A stretch of 64,000 nt of DNA from Marsupella aquatica (Eukaryota > Plantae > Marchantiophyta): the NCBI GenBank assembly GCA_973895155.1, contig OZ316897.1, positions 5,903,327 to 5,967,326 of the forward strand, given 5' to 3'. Within the stretch, counting starts at the first letter, position 1; each line of letters opens with the position of its first letter. The notes beneath the pieces are model-generated. The model was not told where the DNA came from. It searched no databases and was given only the letters and a program-made list of their open reading frames with translations. Made by a program: the position numbers and the translations under genes. Shown in pieces: positions 25,158-38,324 of the stretch.

Positions 25158-28100
25158 TCAACTCTCAAGGAACAAGGGTGCCATCACAAGTGTTATGGTT
25201 GCCAGCATTTTAATCAGCACATGAATTGAAGGTCCTGCGGTATCCTTGAAAGGATCACCAACCCTGCAGAAGGAAGACCACCAATGTCAATTTCTTTAAG
25301 CAGGGTTAAGAACGATCAACCATGACCATTCGGCATGAATATCTAACTCAACCTCATTTGACAGAAGTAATGCAAAACAAGAAATATGTGAATATGAAAG
25401 TGAATGGATACTTCAACTGTCCAAATGTTTCCGATGCGGCTTTGTCAAGAATTTGGTCTGCTAAACTTACGTATCTCCAGTAACTGCTGCTTTGTGCGCT
25501 TCACTACCCTTGCCACCGTACGCACCACTTTCAATATATTTCTTGGCGTTGTCCCAGGCACCACCAGAGGTATTCAGGAAGAGAGCCATGAGGATACCAG
25601 AAACAGTTGCAAACATAAGCATTCCTGCAACTGCCTTTGCCCCGAGCAATGGCTGCTCAGTGTACTGGCCCAATATTCTAAAAACAACCCCTGCAGAGAG
25701 CCACCACAACTTTCTATCAGTCTTGACGAAACACAGCACATTAATATGAGACAATTTCTCGACCAATACCAAAATGCAACTAAACTTCTCATAATCACGA
25801 TTCTTGCTCAGCAATTTTCAGGCAGAATGCTTACCAATAACAATCGGCGAAATCACAGCTAGTAATCCAGGTTTGATCATCTCCCGGAGAGAAGCTGACG
25901 CAACTATTGAAACGCATCGCGCATAATCAGGCTTTTCTTGGTAGGTCTGGAGGAAGAAGAAATGTAGACAAAGTGTCACAAGAAGCTCAGAAGAGAAGTC
26001 ATTGCGTCACAACTAGATCTTTAAGTGCAGGCTGCAGATATTATCCTCACAGTACTCCCTTCTCACGAACCCCTCCACTCTCAGTTGAAGGGGAGACCAA
26101 GTAGAGATACAAGAGGCTCCATCAAGGTAGAAACCAGAATTATAATCCTTGAAAAGACCATACCATAATGCCCGGTCGCTCGATGAACTGCCTTCGGACT
26201 TCCTTGACCACTTCTTGAGCAACTCGTCCAACAGCTGCACAGGCCCATGCGCTGAAGAGGAAGATGAGCATTGCTCCCAGTAATCCTCCTACAAAAACCT
26301 CTGGAATGGCAATATCCACCTGCGGAGCACACGGCTTCAAGATGAACAACAAGATATTTTGTTGTACTTGGGCCACAAACTCGAATTGAAGACACAGGTG
26401 AAATAAAGGTTTCCAGTTGCCTTTCAGGGGTTAGCCACGGCAAGTTAAGTACAAGGAAATTTCAGCGGGCGAGAGAACAAGTCTTATTTGCAGCAAAATA
26501 TTTCCCCCCCTCTCGACTTGGTTCTTGACTTATTATCGTACCGTTGTGAAAGGGATCCCAGAGAAAGAGGACACTTCATCCATGTAAGCACTGAACAGAA
26601 GGAACGAAGCCAAGGCTGCAGATCCAATAGCGAAGCCTTTGGTAGTTGCTTTGGTGGTATTTCCGACCGCATCCAGAAGATCTGTTATCTCTCTTACGCT
26701 CTCTGGCTGCAACAACGACTTCCTATGTTAGAATGAAGGAACTCCTACTACAAAGTTGAGCCAGGAGATGGAAAGAATGACCGCCTTCGCACACACTTAC
26801 AACACTCTTGTAGAAACCAAACGAGCTCACCTGCTGGCTCATCTCAACAATCCCACCAGCGTTATCAGCAATTGGTCCAAACATGTCCATAGTGAGAACA
26901 TAGCCTGCGGTGCTAAGCATGCCCATTGTAGCAACTGCTGTGCCAAAGAGACCCCCTGCTTGACTTCCCGACTCATCAATCAGGCCAGAGGTTTTGCCCA
27001 ACCAGTAGGCAAGGATGATAGCTACACTTATAACGAGCACCGGCAATGCTGTCGACTCAAGACCCAGACCCACTCCGGCAATAATATTTGTGCCGTGTCC
27101 TGTTGTACTTGCAAGAGCCAGTTGTCGTACTGGTTCATATTTGTAATCTGTATAATACTGTGATATCCATACGAATAGATATGCTGTGATGATGCCCACA
27201 AGCCCGCAAAGCGCAAAATGAAGCCATGCTGTTGGGGCCTGCTCTGTGTAGAGAAGCCATCTCGTAGACTGTTCAAGAGATGGCATGTCACACGAAATTA
27301 GGGGTGCCTAGACACTAGCACAATAAGAGAGGTGAGAATCCATGGAACCGTGGAAACTTAGTTGAAGAATTTATCTGGTTTGGCATTTTGCAAAGCAATT
27401 TCAAACCGTCAAGGGTCCACAGGAATTGAAGGCCAAGCCATGATTCAATTTCAAAATGGGCAAACTTACTCCAGCGAAGGCGATAACTGCAAGGAGTAGT
27501 GTCAAAGAGTAGCCCTTCTGCAATATTGCCATTGGATCTTCCACAACTGACTTTGAGCTGGGATCCCTCGTTCCCTTGATGGATAAAATTCCGGCAGCGG
27601 ACACTACCAAGTCAAAGGAGTGAACCACTAGCGGGAATAGGATGAACCCAGAAGCATCTGAAAGTTTAAATCGGATCGGAACATGAGCCACGAGACTAAA
27701 CATAGTAACGGCAAAATGAAGACTTCACATTATGGATCTCATAAAATGATTTGCAAACGTTCGTGAAGTACAATTTAACCAAAAATCGCCCTTAGTGAAT
27801 CGTGAGACAGACAAATGACACTTTGCCATAGATCTTGACCTCAAACGCGTCAGAAATTACGTCGTCATGTGACCAAATTTAGGGCACTTTACCGTCAAGT
27901 TTGCATCGTTTGGCCATGGTGCCCCCAAGAATCATTGCACTAATAATCTCAGCAGCAATACTCTCAAACAGGTCTGCACCACGTGCTGCGCAATCACCAA
28001 CGTTATCCCCTACCTGCGAAACAGCCATATACAGAATACACTCTGTTCTTATAATTGGCACCACAATCAATTTCGTGACTCTCAACAGTGCTCAATTCAG

Positions 28101-30590
28101 TGGTTCCCCGCTAAACTGGATCACAATATTAGATCGACCCACCGTTGATTGTGACATCACACCCGAGCAAAAGTCTCCCGTATCAAAATCTCTCTCAACC
28201 ACCTTTGACCAATCATTGCAACACAGGTGGGTGAGAGCGGAAGCGACTGAAACCACTTATATGACAGAGATAACCAGAGCAGTAAGAAGGCTCCCTACCA
28301 GGTCTGCAATAACAGCAGGATTTCTCGGATCATCCTCTGGTATATTTTGCTCTACTTTTCCAACCAAATCTGCACCAACATCTGCCGCCTTTGTGTATAT
28401 GCCACCACCAAGCTGAGCAAAGAGAGCCACAAAAGATGCTCCAAAACCGTATCCGACCAGAAGTAGAGGCACTGCAGCCACAAACCAACACTTGAAATGA
28501 TGTAGACAATCCTGATCTAATCATCAAAGATCTCAATAAAGACACCCATGGCAGCATTTCATAAAATATGATCATCTCGGACAACGATCATCAAAGATCT
28601 CAATAAAGACACCCATGGCAGCATTTCATAACATATGATCATCTCGGACAACTACCCTATCACTGGGCAAGACGACAACAATACAACGATGGTTTCTATA
28701 ATTCTGACAACAGAGTGTCCCTGTAATCAACTCACATTCTGTCATTTTCAGAGTGTGGGGACCGTCACCGTCCACATTAAGGACGACATAAAAAGTCGAG
28801 TAAAGTACTGCCACTCCTAGAACAGTCATGCCCACGACAATAAGAGCTGAAAATCCTCCAGCACGCAAAGACACCTGAAGTAGGAGGCAAACGAGCCATT
28901 TAGTCAGTCTGGTTTGCTGAGGATGAGATTTAGAGAGCTAGAGCAGATCCAGATAAGCCTAAAAATGTTTGATATATCTAACCAACCTGCAGAGCTTCCC
29001 TTGCTGAACGCCGAGCGGCACTTGAAACACGTACATTGGCTCTTACTGATACCCACATGCCGATGTAACCCGCAATGCCAGAACAGACTGCTCCGAGAAG
29101 GAACGAGAGAACTGTAATGAAAGCTAAGGTTGACCTATAACGGATACAAGGTGCATCCACGGATTAGAGAAGTTAGGAAATACAATGGATTTCGGAATGC
29201 ATAGTTTACTTACTTAACATAGGGGCTATGAATCTCGCACATCATCCTAGAAAGCTGTGTAATGAAGGCCAATTAGAAGATTTTACTCACACCTTTCCAA
29301 TCCAGACGCTTCCTGCTCAGCACTGGATCTGCGGAATGTGTATATTCCAAGAATTACAAATGCAAGAACAACTGCCATCTTAGAAATGGTACTATATTGT
29401 GTTCGGAAGAACCCTTCAGCACCATCTCGTATAGCATCTGATATCTGCAAAAAATAAGCTTTCTCATTTCCCCTGCCTCACTACCATTTTTTGGTGGCAA
29501 TAAAACGAGACTCGTTGCATTTTTTACGTCGCTACAAGAATTACGGTCACATGATGAACATCATTTAAGATACTTAATGAAAATCAAATCTACTTATGGC
29601 AGTGAGTTCTCTATCCACCATGTCAACACACCTGAACCATTTCCGGGGGCCCCTCGTCTTTGGCCATGACCCAATGGGCCAGGTAAGTTGCCAAACCCAT
29701 GCTCATCAAACAGATGGTGAAAACAAATACTAAAATTGGTGACGTAAGGGACCCAATTCGAAAGAGCCCGAGGACAGTTAGGGCTATCAAAAAGTAGTAT
29801 AATCTCCGATCAAGTCTCATTGCAACCCTGACAATCTGAAGTACAGTACACAAGTTAGGTATCCCTCAGCGAATCGTCATTTAGTTGGAGGATCCAGTCT
29901 GCACGTTAGCTGCAAGGTTCTACCAATACATTACAGTTCACCAGCGTCAAAATATGGAAATCAATTTACTCCATCAGATCTCGATCCTGATCTGCAATTC
30001 ACGAGCCACTTCCATGACGCCTGTAGTTGACAAATACTTAAGCACTCTTCCGTGTTTTGCTTCTTACTATTATACTTCACAGAGATACGTTTAACAGCCC
30101 TATTGCCTGGAATAGTTTCATACAACCTTGCCAGTGAAACAAAAAGTGGCAGGGATGCAAAATGCTGCTACTCCTGGACCAGATATAGCGACTGTCAGCT
30201 TCCTGTGATGCCACCGACTTCTATGAGTTAAGACGAACAGTTCCAACCCCAACGTCAGTTAAAATCCGGCAGATAATTATGTTCGAATACCAGCTCGTAG
30301 TCAAGGACGTGATTTTAAATCTCGAAACTGTCATCGACAAGATAGGCTTCGTAAAGCTGTATGAACTTAAGGCTAGAGTACGGAAACAAATGTAAAAACA
30401 AAATAGTTTCGCACGTAACCGTGGATGAATTCGTGGACAGCAAGAAATCAGGATCGAAGATCACGCGGTGACGGAAACTTACCCAAGGAGACGTAGCCTT
30501 TACTCTCAAAGATGGGAAAGCCTTCATTTTCTCCTGGTAGGACCCCATCATCATGGCAGACTCTACATCTTTCCGATCGTCGTCCATCAT
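25158..30590 (-). CDS. AVP2: Type II (K+-independent) H+-translocating inorganic pyrophosphatase, 809 aa, 14 coding exons
   Basis: Exons 30590-30483, 29835-29632, 29444-29293, 29134-28987, 28874-28736, 28471-28299, 28013-27893, 27657-27470, 27268-26831, 26706-26542, 26319-26164, 25946-25835, 25690-25471 and 25263-25158. All introns are GT-AG with consistent phases (total 2430 nt). Motifs [46 protein letters not shown]; GNTTKA carries the Lys diagnostic of K+-independent enzymes. Confidence 0.97.
28520..28652. repeat. Tandem duplication (2 x 66 bp, 1 mismatch) in H+-PPase intron 5
   Basis: ATCATCAAAGATCTCAATAAAG...ATCTCGGACAAC at 28520-28585 and 28587-28652. Confidence 0.92.
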
Positions 30591-31819
30591 TATGCCACTG
30601 TTCGAGCTCACAAATCTACGTGCAATGTATGGAGCAGTATTGGGTTCCCCCACTGTCGCCAGATCCACCCCTGACCCCTGACGAAGAATTTTGACGAATC
30701 ACAGAAAGAACGCAACACACACCTGAGTGTGCGTCACGTCCTTTGCCTGTGTAAGATCAAAAGTCAGCAGGCGAGGACGTCAACGAAAAATTTGGCTGTA
30801 CAGTGATAGCTCTACCCTAGTAAGTATTAAGATTCCGAAATACTTCCTAGGAGATCGAAATCATATTGTGCAAATTGCCCGAACGGCTCAATGTGATCAC
30901 CATATATGACCTCCCAATTTTCTGGGAAAGGAAGAGACAATTATTTCCGGGGAGGATATTGGGAGTGGCTGGTGAAACCATATGGGACAACAGTAACTCT
31001 ATGAGCAAGACAACACCGATGAGAGACATGCATTATGGAAGTGCGTACGCGGCGGGTAAAAACTGTAGGAATACTTCGGCAATGCCAGCTACACTCCCTG
31101 TCAAGGGGACCTGTGGAAACGCCCGAGCAAACCGCAGAGGAGTAATTTCACTCGCCTGTCAACTGCTTCTCGGAATCGGATCGATAGAGACCGGCGTACC
31201 CCCTTCTCTGACGCCAAATCTGCGATAGCGTGGATGTTGTAGAAGGCAAGAGAATGTCGCCCGATCTGCTGCTATTTATAGGCCTGCCAGAGTCAGTCAC
31301 GCCTTTCAACCTTGAAAAGCTCACAAGCAAGAAATTGAAAGCGCTCCGTAATGTCGCAGTGCAGATTATACGCGAAGGGGCGGGCAATGTTGGCGATGGT
31401 AATAATGACGAAATGACTAAAAACGCAGGCCGGCTGGCTGTTCGTCCGGAACTCCAATTACTTCTCCGTAACCGCACGGCTGGCGCTTCCTCGAGGCTCA
31501 GGGAAGCAAGGCAAGCTGCATCTGCAGCTCACATGAAACGCCGGGCCTCGGTTTCAATGTCCTTCACCCACTCTATAGTTCTTGAATCAATCACTACAAC
31601 ACTCAAGCTTTACCAATCGATCGAAGCACCAGCATTTCTTCCTTCGATCCCGCTATTCTTCCCGCCACCCTCCTCCCAAATTGCATCCGGTGAACTAGAC
31701 AAGCTTCGTTGCCCTTCCCTCTTCCTCCTTGCCCGGCCCCGTCCTTTCCCTCGAAAGCCCGGGCAACGAAGAGCTCGACCGAACTCACGTCCTCCTCTCG
31801 CACAAATTCCTCTACCTAC

Positions 31820-32095
31820 CAATTCGTAGCGGACACAACTGTCGAAGTTCTTTCGATCAGACGAGCGACAGATTTGCAGGAGAGAGAATGCAACCAAGAG
31901 TTTAGTCCAAACACGAGACAGAGAGCGACGAATTGCCAAAAATAGGAGGGAAGGAGCAACAAAGAGAGGGTACGACAAGAGAACGATGACGGGCTGGTGA
32001 CTGGAGTGAAACCAGAAAATCACTCGGAAGCGAAAGGCCAAACGGAAAACGCAAACAGACGGAGGGGGAGAGTGTGGACGGATGAACAACTAAGA
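31820..32095 (-). other. Possible non-coding first exon (5' UTR) of the H+-PPase gene
   Basis: Pyrimidine-rich minus-strand stretch ending at a GT donor (GAATTG|GTAGGTAG), with a candidate acceptor near 30723. No transcript evidence. Confidence 0.3.
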
Positions 32096-33367
32096 GCCGT
32101 CTTGCATATGGCCAACCTAAATTAAAAAAAAGAACGGCAGACGGATGCCTAAACTCTGACCGTATCGAGGACGTTAATCAGAACCCCGCAAGCATTTGAT
32201 CGCGACCTAGACTAGGTTCAAGGTGTCGACAAGGTTAACTTCCCTTATCTTGGGCACCCACGCCTTGCTTGTAAACCCGCAGACCAAAGAAAGGGGACCT
32301 ACTACTGTAGTGGCGAGGAGTTTCCATCAGGAGTTGAGCGTTCGAGCCACACCGCCAAAAAATCAAAGGCCGGCGCCCTACCTGGAGACTTTAATTGTCA
32401 TGTGTTGAGTAATTTACGGTCCTTGTCCAATGATAGGATTCCACCTCTAACTTTGATTGTCTCATTACAATATCGACTGCAGCTTTGCAAAGCTGAGCCT
32501 TGGAAACACTTTGAAAATCCTAATCCCGACAGAGTCAATGTGAGCCACTCATAAGTAAACACTAACACATAACCTGAAAGTACAATCAAGAACATACGTA
32601 TTCCATTACAAGCATATGGTTCCCATATTTCTCCTCACATACACAGGTTGACTTACAGTTGCCCTATACCTCGTAAAGGTCACCTTACGCGCTGAATCCC
32701 ATGCATAATTCCTAAGAGCAACTCAACGATCAAATGAGCCTGCATGGCCTAAAAGGAAATTATAGGGGCTTCAGATGAATAGTTTCCCAACTGTGGCCCC
32801 TCGTTCTAAAGATATGGTAGCCATTACATAGTGTCCCAGCACTTGTGTAACCAAGATCTTATGGCTGTGAGTGTTTGTACATACCATCCTTATGGAGCAT
32901 GTATTTTGGGATTCTGTAGCCTTTTTGTCCTAGCCATAGAAGAACTTTATGTCTTTGACTGTAAATAGTCTTTGGCTGTAAATCAGTTAGGTTCCTGCTT
33001 TGACACACCCTATTCCCCTTTTTAGAACCCTGTTGTAATATTTGGCATGATAATTGGGAGAGTGTATCTCTATCCTTGCCCCGATTCCTATCAATGTTAG
33101 AAATTTGACCACATTCACAAGATCTTGGACATGCTTGAGATTTCAAATATGGGTATGTCAACACTTCACATTGGAGAGGATAGAGGTCAGAGCATCCCAC
33201 CAAACTTGGTATACCAACTTTTGGTGAGAAAAATTGTGTGCAGGGCTTGACTGGTGTGCGCAGACCGGTAGGGTACCCCACCCATTTTGGTATTATGCTG
33301 CACCAACCAATGGACTATGGTGGCAAGAGTCAACCACAGTCTGCTCGCTGCAGTCTTTCCTATTGAT

Positions 33368-33645
33368 GAGAAGGTAAAGAATGAGAAGACGTCTCTTTTG
33401 GCAAATTCATGATGCTATTTGTGAGGAAGATCCCTACTTCATCCAGAAACAAGATGTTGCAAGAATTCTTGGGTTTCATCGATCCAGAAATTGATTGTTG
33501 CTTTGAGAATGCTTTCATTGGAATTTTCCGCTGATGCCCTTGATGAGTATGTGAGAATCGGGGAGAGCAGTGCGATGAAGTTCTTGAAGCAATCTTGTTC
33601 TGCTCTTAGAGACCACTATGAGGAGGAGTACCTCAAAACCCCCAC
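33368..33645 (+). mobile_element. PIF/Harbinger transposase fragment
   Basis: Translates (with disruptions) to RMRRRLFWQIHDAICEEDPYFIQKQD...QKLIVALRML...ADALDEYVRIGESSAMKFLKQSC...EEYLKTPT, the typical N-terminal region of plant Harbinger transposases. Confidence 0.85.
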
Positions 33646-35070
33646 TGTCACACAAACAACATGAGCCCTAATTCCAAGTTGACACTATTTTGTGCTTACA
33701 TCCACCAGTCAAGGTGAGGTTGCGGGCAAGGAAGGATCTGCCTCATACAATCCCATTGTCAAGATCCAACCGTAAGTATACATATATATAAATATCATAG
33801 GTATGTTTGGATGATACCATTGGAATGCACCCACTCTTAGTAACCCTGACTAACTTTTGGCTTGAATGGGACTTCCAAGCCATTGCCAACAACCTAAAAT
33901 TGCAACATATTTAGCATACACCTTCTTACAATCCCAACCATTAGTGTACACCCGGTGCATCCCTTAAATAACGCCTTTGTCAAAGACAAGGTATACTCAA
34001 TACATAGATTACTCGCGAAGATTGGAGGGCAAGGCTATGTTTACTTAGAGGAATAAGTTGTGGTAAACATAGTTGACTCAACTTCTAAGAGACTAGCCAA
34101 CCTAATAGTAATCGATGCCCAGACTCAACGAGACCTGGTCTCATGCCTGCCCGACAAGCTTGACTTTGGCTCTCACTCCTTAGTGCTCTCAAATCCTGCT
34201 CAGCTGGAACTCCCCATCCACCACGCAGCCTGATTCCACTAAGGAGGGCCCCCCATTTACATAGGGAGGGGGGGCCCTAAATACTACTTGCCAAAGGGAC
34301 AAAAGAGGCAACCACCTCCCCTGAGTAATCCCTGCCTAAGTACCTAACTGGTTGTTGTCTTCAAAAATTGTCGCAATTGACTTTCACTATCCTAGAGTAG
34401 TTAACCTGCAACCCTAATCCTTAGAACCTAACTATCTATTTCTTGTACTATGTTGATTAGCATTGTAGGCATCAATGGTCCTAACTGAGTCTCTTCCAAA
34501 TCTTGCGCCACTAATCGGGTCCTAATGGCAGCTATTTTGCTGCTAAAGTTAGCCTAAAGAATGATGCCCCCTGCCATCTTGCTGTACATTTTTGCTGACT
34601 CACTATCATAGTAACAACTTGGGCTTAATTCTGAGTTAACATTCTTTACGTGCTTATGTCCACCAGTAGGGGTAAGGTTTTGGGCAAGGATCGAGGGGTG
34701 TAGTGGTGGGCTTTTACACATACCAGCCTAAGTCGGGCTACTACCGTATATTGATATCATAGGTGTATTTGGATTCCCCCACTAGAATGCACCCACAATT
34801 AGTGACTCTGACTAACTCCCGGCTTGGGGACTTCCAAGCATTGCCAACAACACAAACTTGTGACATATTTAGCATACACTTTCTTATAGTCTATGACTCG
34901 GGCCAATGTGTCACTTAGTTACCATGTATCAATTAGTTGATTAGGACATGTACAGTCTCTAGGACCGTATCCATGTAGTAAGGAACAATACGCATAGCAA
35001 TTTTAACAATTATGATTAGGCTCGGCTTGGGGTCTCACTATATGGAGGCCTCCCCATCACCTGCGACGTT
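33646..35070. mobile_element. LTR-like non-coding fragment (E) related to the terminal region of element A; contains a ~135-bp diverged direct repeat
   Basis: Starts TGTCACA exactly where the Harbinger frame stops. Repeat ATCATAGGT..GGACTTCCAAGC..ATATTTAGCATACAC at ~33794-33930 and ~34756-34888. Right boundary uncertain. Confidence 0.5.
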
Positions 35071-35455
35071 TTTAGGCATTGGACCCCCTAAAATATAAGA
35101 ATTTATTTAGTTTTTCAGCCCCTATAAAGTTGGAATATTCTTGTAATATTCCAAAAATTTGGTTAGAAGGACCCTAATGTTCTTATAAGTCTCAAAATTG
35201 GATTTAAAAGACCCTATTGTTCTTCTGAGAAAATTATTAAGTCTTCCCTTCAAACCAATAAACTGACCTTATCTGTTGTCGCACGTGATGTGCCAATTTT
35301 GTGGAAGTGAAACCCCTGAAAGGCAAGGAATAGGCTAGTCAACTTAATGAGTGCCAATTTACGATGCACACTATTACAACCCTTTGCTGTACTATGGCGA
35401 CGGTGGAGTAAAAGTTTGTTATGGCAATTCAAGCTTGGACCAAAGTAGTTGCGTT

Positions 35456-38324
35456 TGTTAGGATTTACTCTTAGGTCTAGAGTTACGATTGTATCATAGT
35501 TAAGGCTAACCTTAGTCGCAGCCTTGGTTAGGTTAGTCATGTTGTGCACACTCTATAACCAAGCGGTGTTTGCTTGGAGAGGAGGATCTCAGGCTCATTG
35601 TTACGGAGCTAGTTGAGAGAGAGAGAGCTTGCGCTGTGGATGCTTGGTATGGCCGGTCGACCTAGAGTGCAGTAAAGCTCATGTGTGTTCCCGTGGACGT
35701 AGCCTCATGTGGAGGTGAACCACGTATCTCTCTGTGTTGACTCTTGTGCGTTGGAAAATTCATGGGCTTGCCGTTGAGATTGTTGGCTATGCTCAACAAT
35801 TGGTATCAGAGCATGCCTGGGAGGTGATGAGTTTTTTTTGTGATGGTTTTCCAGTGTTCATTGTCGGTGTTTCAATCGGAGTTTCATTGCATGAAACTTG
35901 AATTGTGTGTGGCTAAGCGGATAGATTAGTGAGAGGGCTTTCGATCGATGTATAGAACTCACTGGTTGGTATCCGTGGTGTGGAGGAATCAGAGTTTGCG
36001 TTATTCTAGATTTATTCATGTTCGATGGTTATTCGGGGAGAGACCAAAGTTTGTGTTTGCAACGGTGTGAGTTGTGCGATGCAGCAAGCGTTGCATGCTA
36101 TAGCTCAAGTTGTAAGTTGAGGCGAGCTTGTCATTTTGGTACCTGGTTTGCTGGCATTTGTTGTGCAAGTGTGACGTGACAAGTATGTGTTGAGTTCAGG
36201 TTTTTTGACAAACTATGGTGCTTGTTTTTCCCTTAACCGGGTTCCTCATTGTGATGGTCAACTCAAAGTTGTAAACGCAAAATGCTAGGGCTCAACGGAG
36301 AGATTGCAACAAAGCGGCCGTTTTGAGTCCAGGATGGGCACTTGACACGGAGTGGAGGCGACATGACAAAAGTTTTTCTTTTGCTAGTGGTGCAGACAGC
36401 GCCTGTGTAATTCGACAACTTTTCTTGTCAGTGTTGGCACTTTTCTTGTTGAATCGGTGGAAGGTGTGTAATCGACTTCTTTCCTTGGAATTGGCAAAAT
36501 ATTTTTGGCCAATTTTTGCTTAGGTTAAGGCTAATTTCCTCGTGTATACACACACTGGCCGGCCCGGCCCGATACCCCTTTACCCCCGTCAAACCCCTCC
36601 CGCTTGCCGGTGTATAGCCACGGCCATAATCGGGTCCACAGTGCCAGCCGGCGCGCGACCCACCGTTCTCCTCCTCTCGCTCGCGATCCGGAGCCCTCCC
36701 GATCGCCCTGCCCTTGAGGTTGCTTGCCACTTCGCGGCACCGGCTGTTGCCCCGGTGGCTGCCTTTTACTGCCGGCCCCTGCCCCAACGCCTTGTATTTC
36801 CCCTGGCCCAATACGCGTATGCGCAACGCGTGTGCGTGTTTTGGGGCCCATATTTTGCTAAGGGGCAATTACACCCCCTTTAGGCCATTTTTAGCATTTT
36901 TTCTTGGTTTTCCATTGGTTAACGACATCCCGGGCCCAGTGACCCTCTGCTTTAACCGGCTGGACAAGGGGAACGGCCCCATGTGAGACTTGTCGGACTA
37001 TGCAGGAATATTCCCAAAAAATAGAGAGCTAATTTTTGGCCATCCAACAAAGATTCTACATGCCAAACAGTAACTTTTTTGGTTCTTTTTTGGCAAGGTC
37101 GTAGCCATTGAAGTTAGCAACGCGGCGCACCAATCAAATTGCAATTTTGACAATGGGTTGTACTTGGCATTTTGGTTATTCCCTAAGTTGGTCAAAACGG
37201 GAGAGTTTCCCAAGGTTTTACCCACCCCGACCAAAATTTGAATAACTCTTCCGTTGAATTTCAATTTCAATTTTGGTTTTTAGTGTTGGACTCCTAGCTT
37301 TGTGGGCTACGCGGGACGTTTAGGTTTGAGTTTTTTGAGAAGTTGTGAAAAACAATATTTTTTGTGATTTTCTCATATGAATGATTCTCAGGAGATTTTT
37401 GAAGATGTGGAACTTGAAACACGAGGATCACCACGGCGGTTTGAGGTGGAGAGAGAGGAGCCAGAGGAAGAGCATGTGACACCGGTACCATCACCGGTGC
37501 AACGTGTGGTGGAGGAAGCAGTTCTACTACCGAAGCTCATGATAGTACCAAAGAAGATGGGGACGTTCAAGCTTGGGGGACCCAAGTATGAAGTGACAAA
37601 GTATGATGGGCGCTCTAACTACTTGCTCTAAGAGAAGTAGGTGAAGGGAGTGTTCTATGCTTCAAGGGATGGGCCAACTGTTGAGCCCTCGTGAAGACGA
37701 TGTTGATGAGAAACAATGTGACCGCATGCAGGAGCAGGGAGTGTGGTGTGTTACACTCTATCTCATGTCTCCCATCATCAAGCAGTTGGGTGCACATAAG
37801 GATTGCATGTCCTTGTTTGCAGAATTGCAGAGCAAGTATCACCATAAGGAGTTGTCAAACCGGCTCTACACTTCCTACAAAATGAGTTTCAAGATGAAGG
37901 AAACCAGTACAAAATTGCAGGATGATGTGGATGCTTTCAATGACATGGTCGTTGACTTGGAATACCTTGGGGAGACTTTGAGTGATGAGACAAAGGCTCT
38001 ACAGCTTCTCAATTCATTGCTTCCATCTTACCAGTCCCTATCACGGGTGTTGTTGCATCATGATAGGGATACTATTTCGTACAATGACGTGGTAAGTTCT
38101 CTGCTTAGTGATGATCTTCAGCAAAAGATGCACAGCACGTCACAACCTTCATCATCTGGTGCTGCCCTCAATGTTAACCGTGGAAGGAGTATGCAGCGAC
38201 CAACTGGGGACCGTAGAACCCAATTTAGATCTAAATCCAGATCTAAGTCCAGGGACAAATCCCCTCAGAGGAGGCAGGTGACATGTTGGAAGTGCAACCA
38301 GGTTGGACACTTCAAGCGAGACTG
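35456..38324 (+). mobile_element. Copia-2: 5' LTR (35456-35798), PBS-Met (35801-35812), leader and gag; truncated right after the zinc knuckle
   Basis: TGTTAGG...CTCAACA, then AT, then TGGTATCAGAGC. gag 37380-38324 is near-identical to gag 59890-60930 (KYEVTKYDGRS, CWKCNQVGHFKRDC), with stops and a frameshift near 37630-37660. Confidence 0.93.

Noticed and set aside
31148-32089. ORFs of 100-199 aa upstream of the H+-PPase
   Set aside because: No recognisable motifs; overlapping frames on both strands in GC-rich leader/intron sequence.
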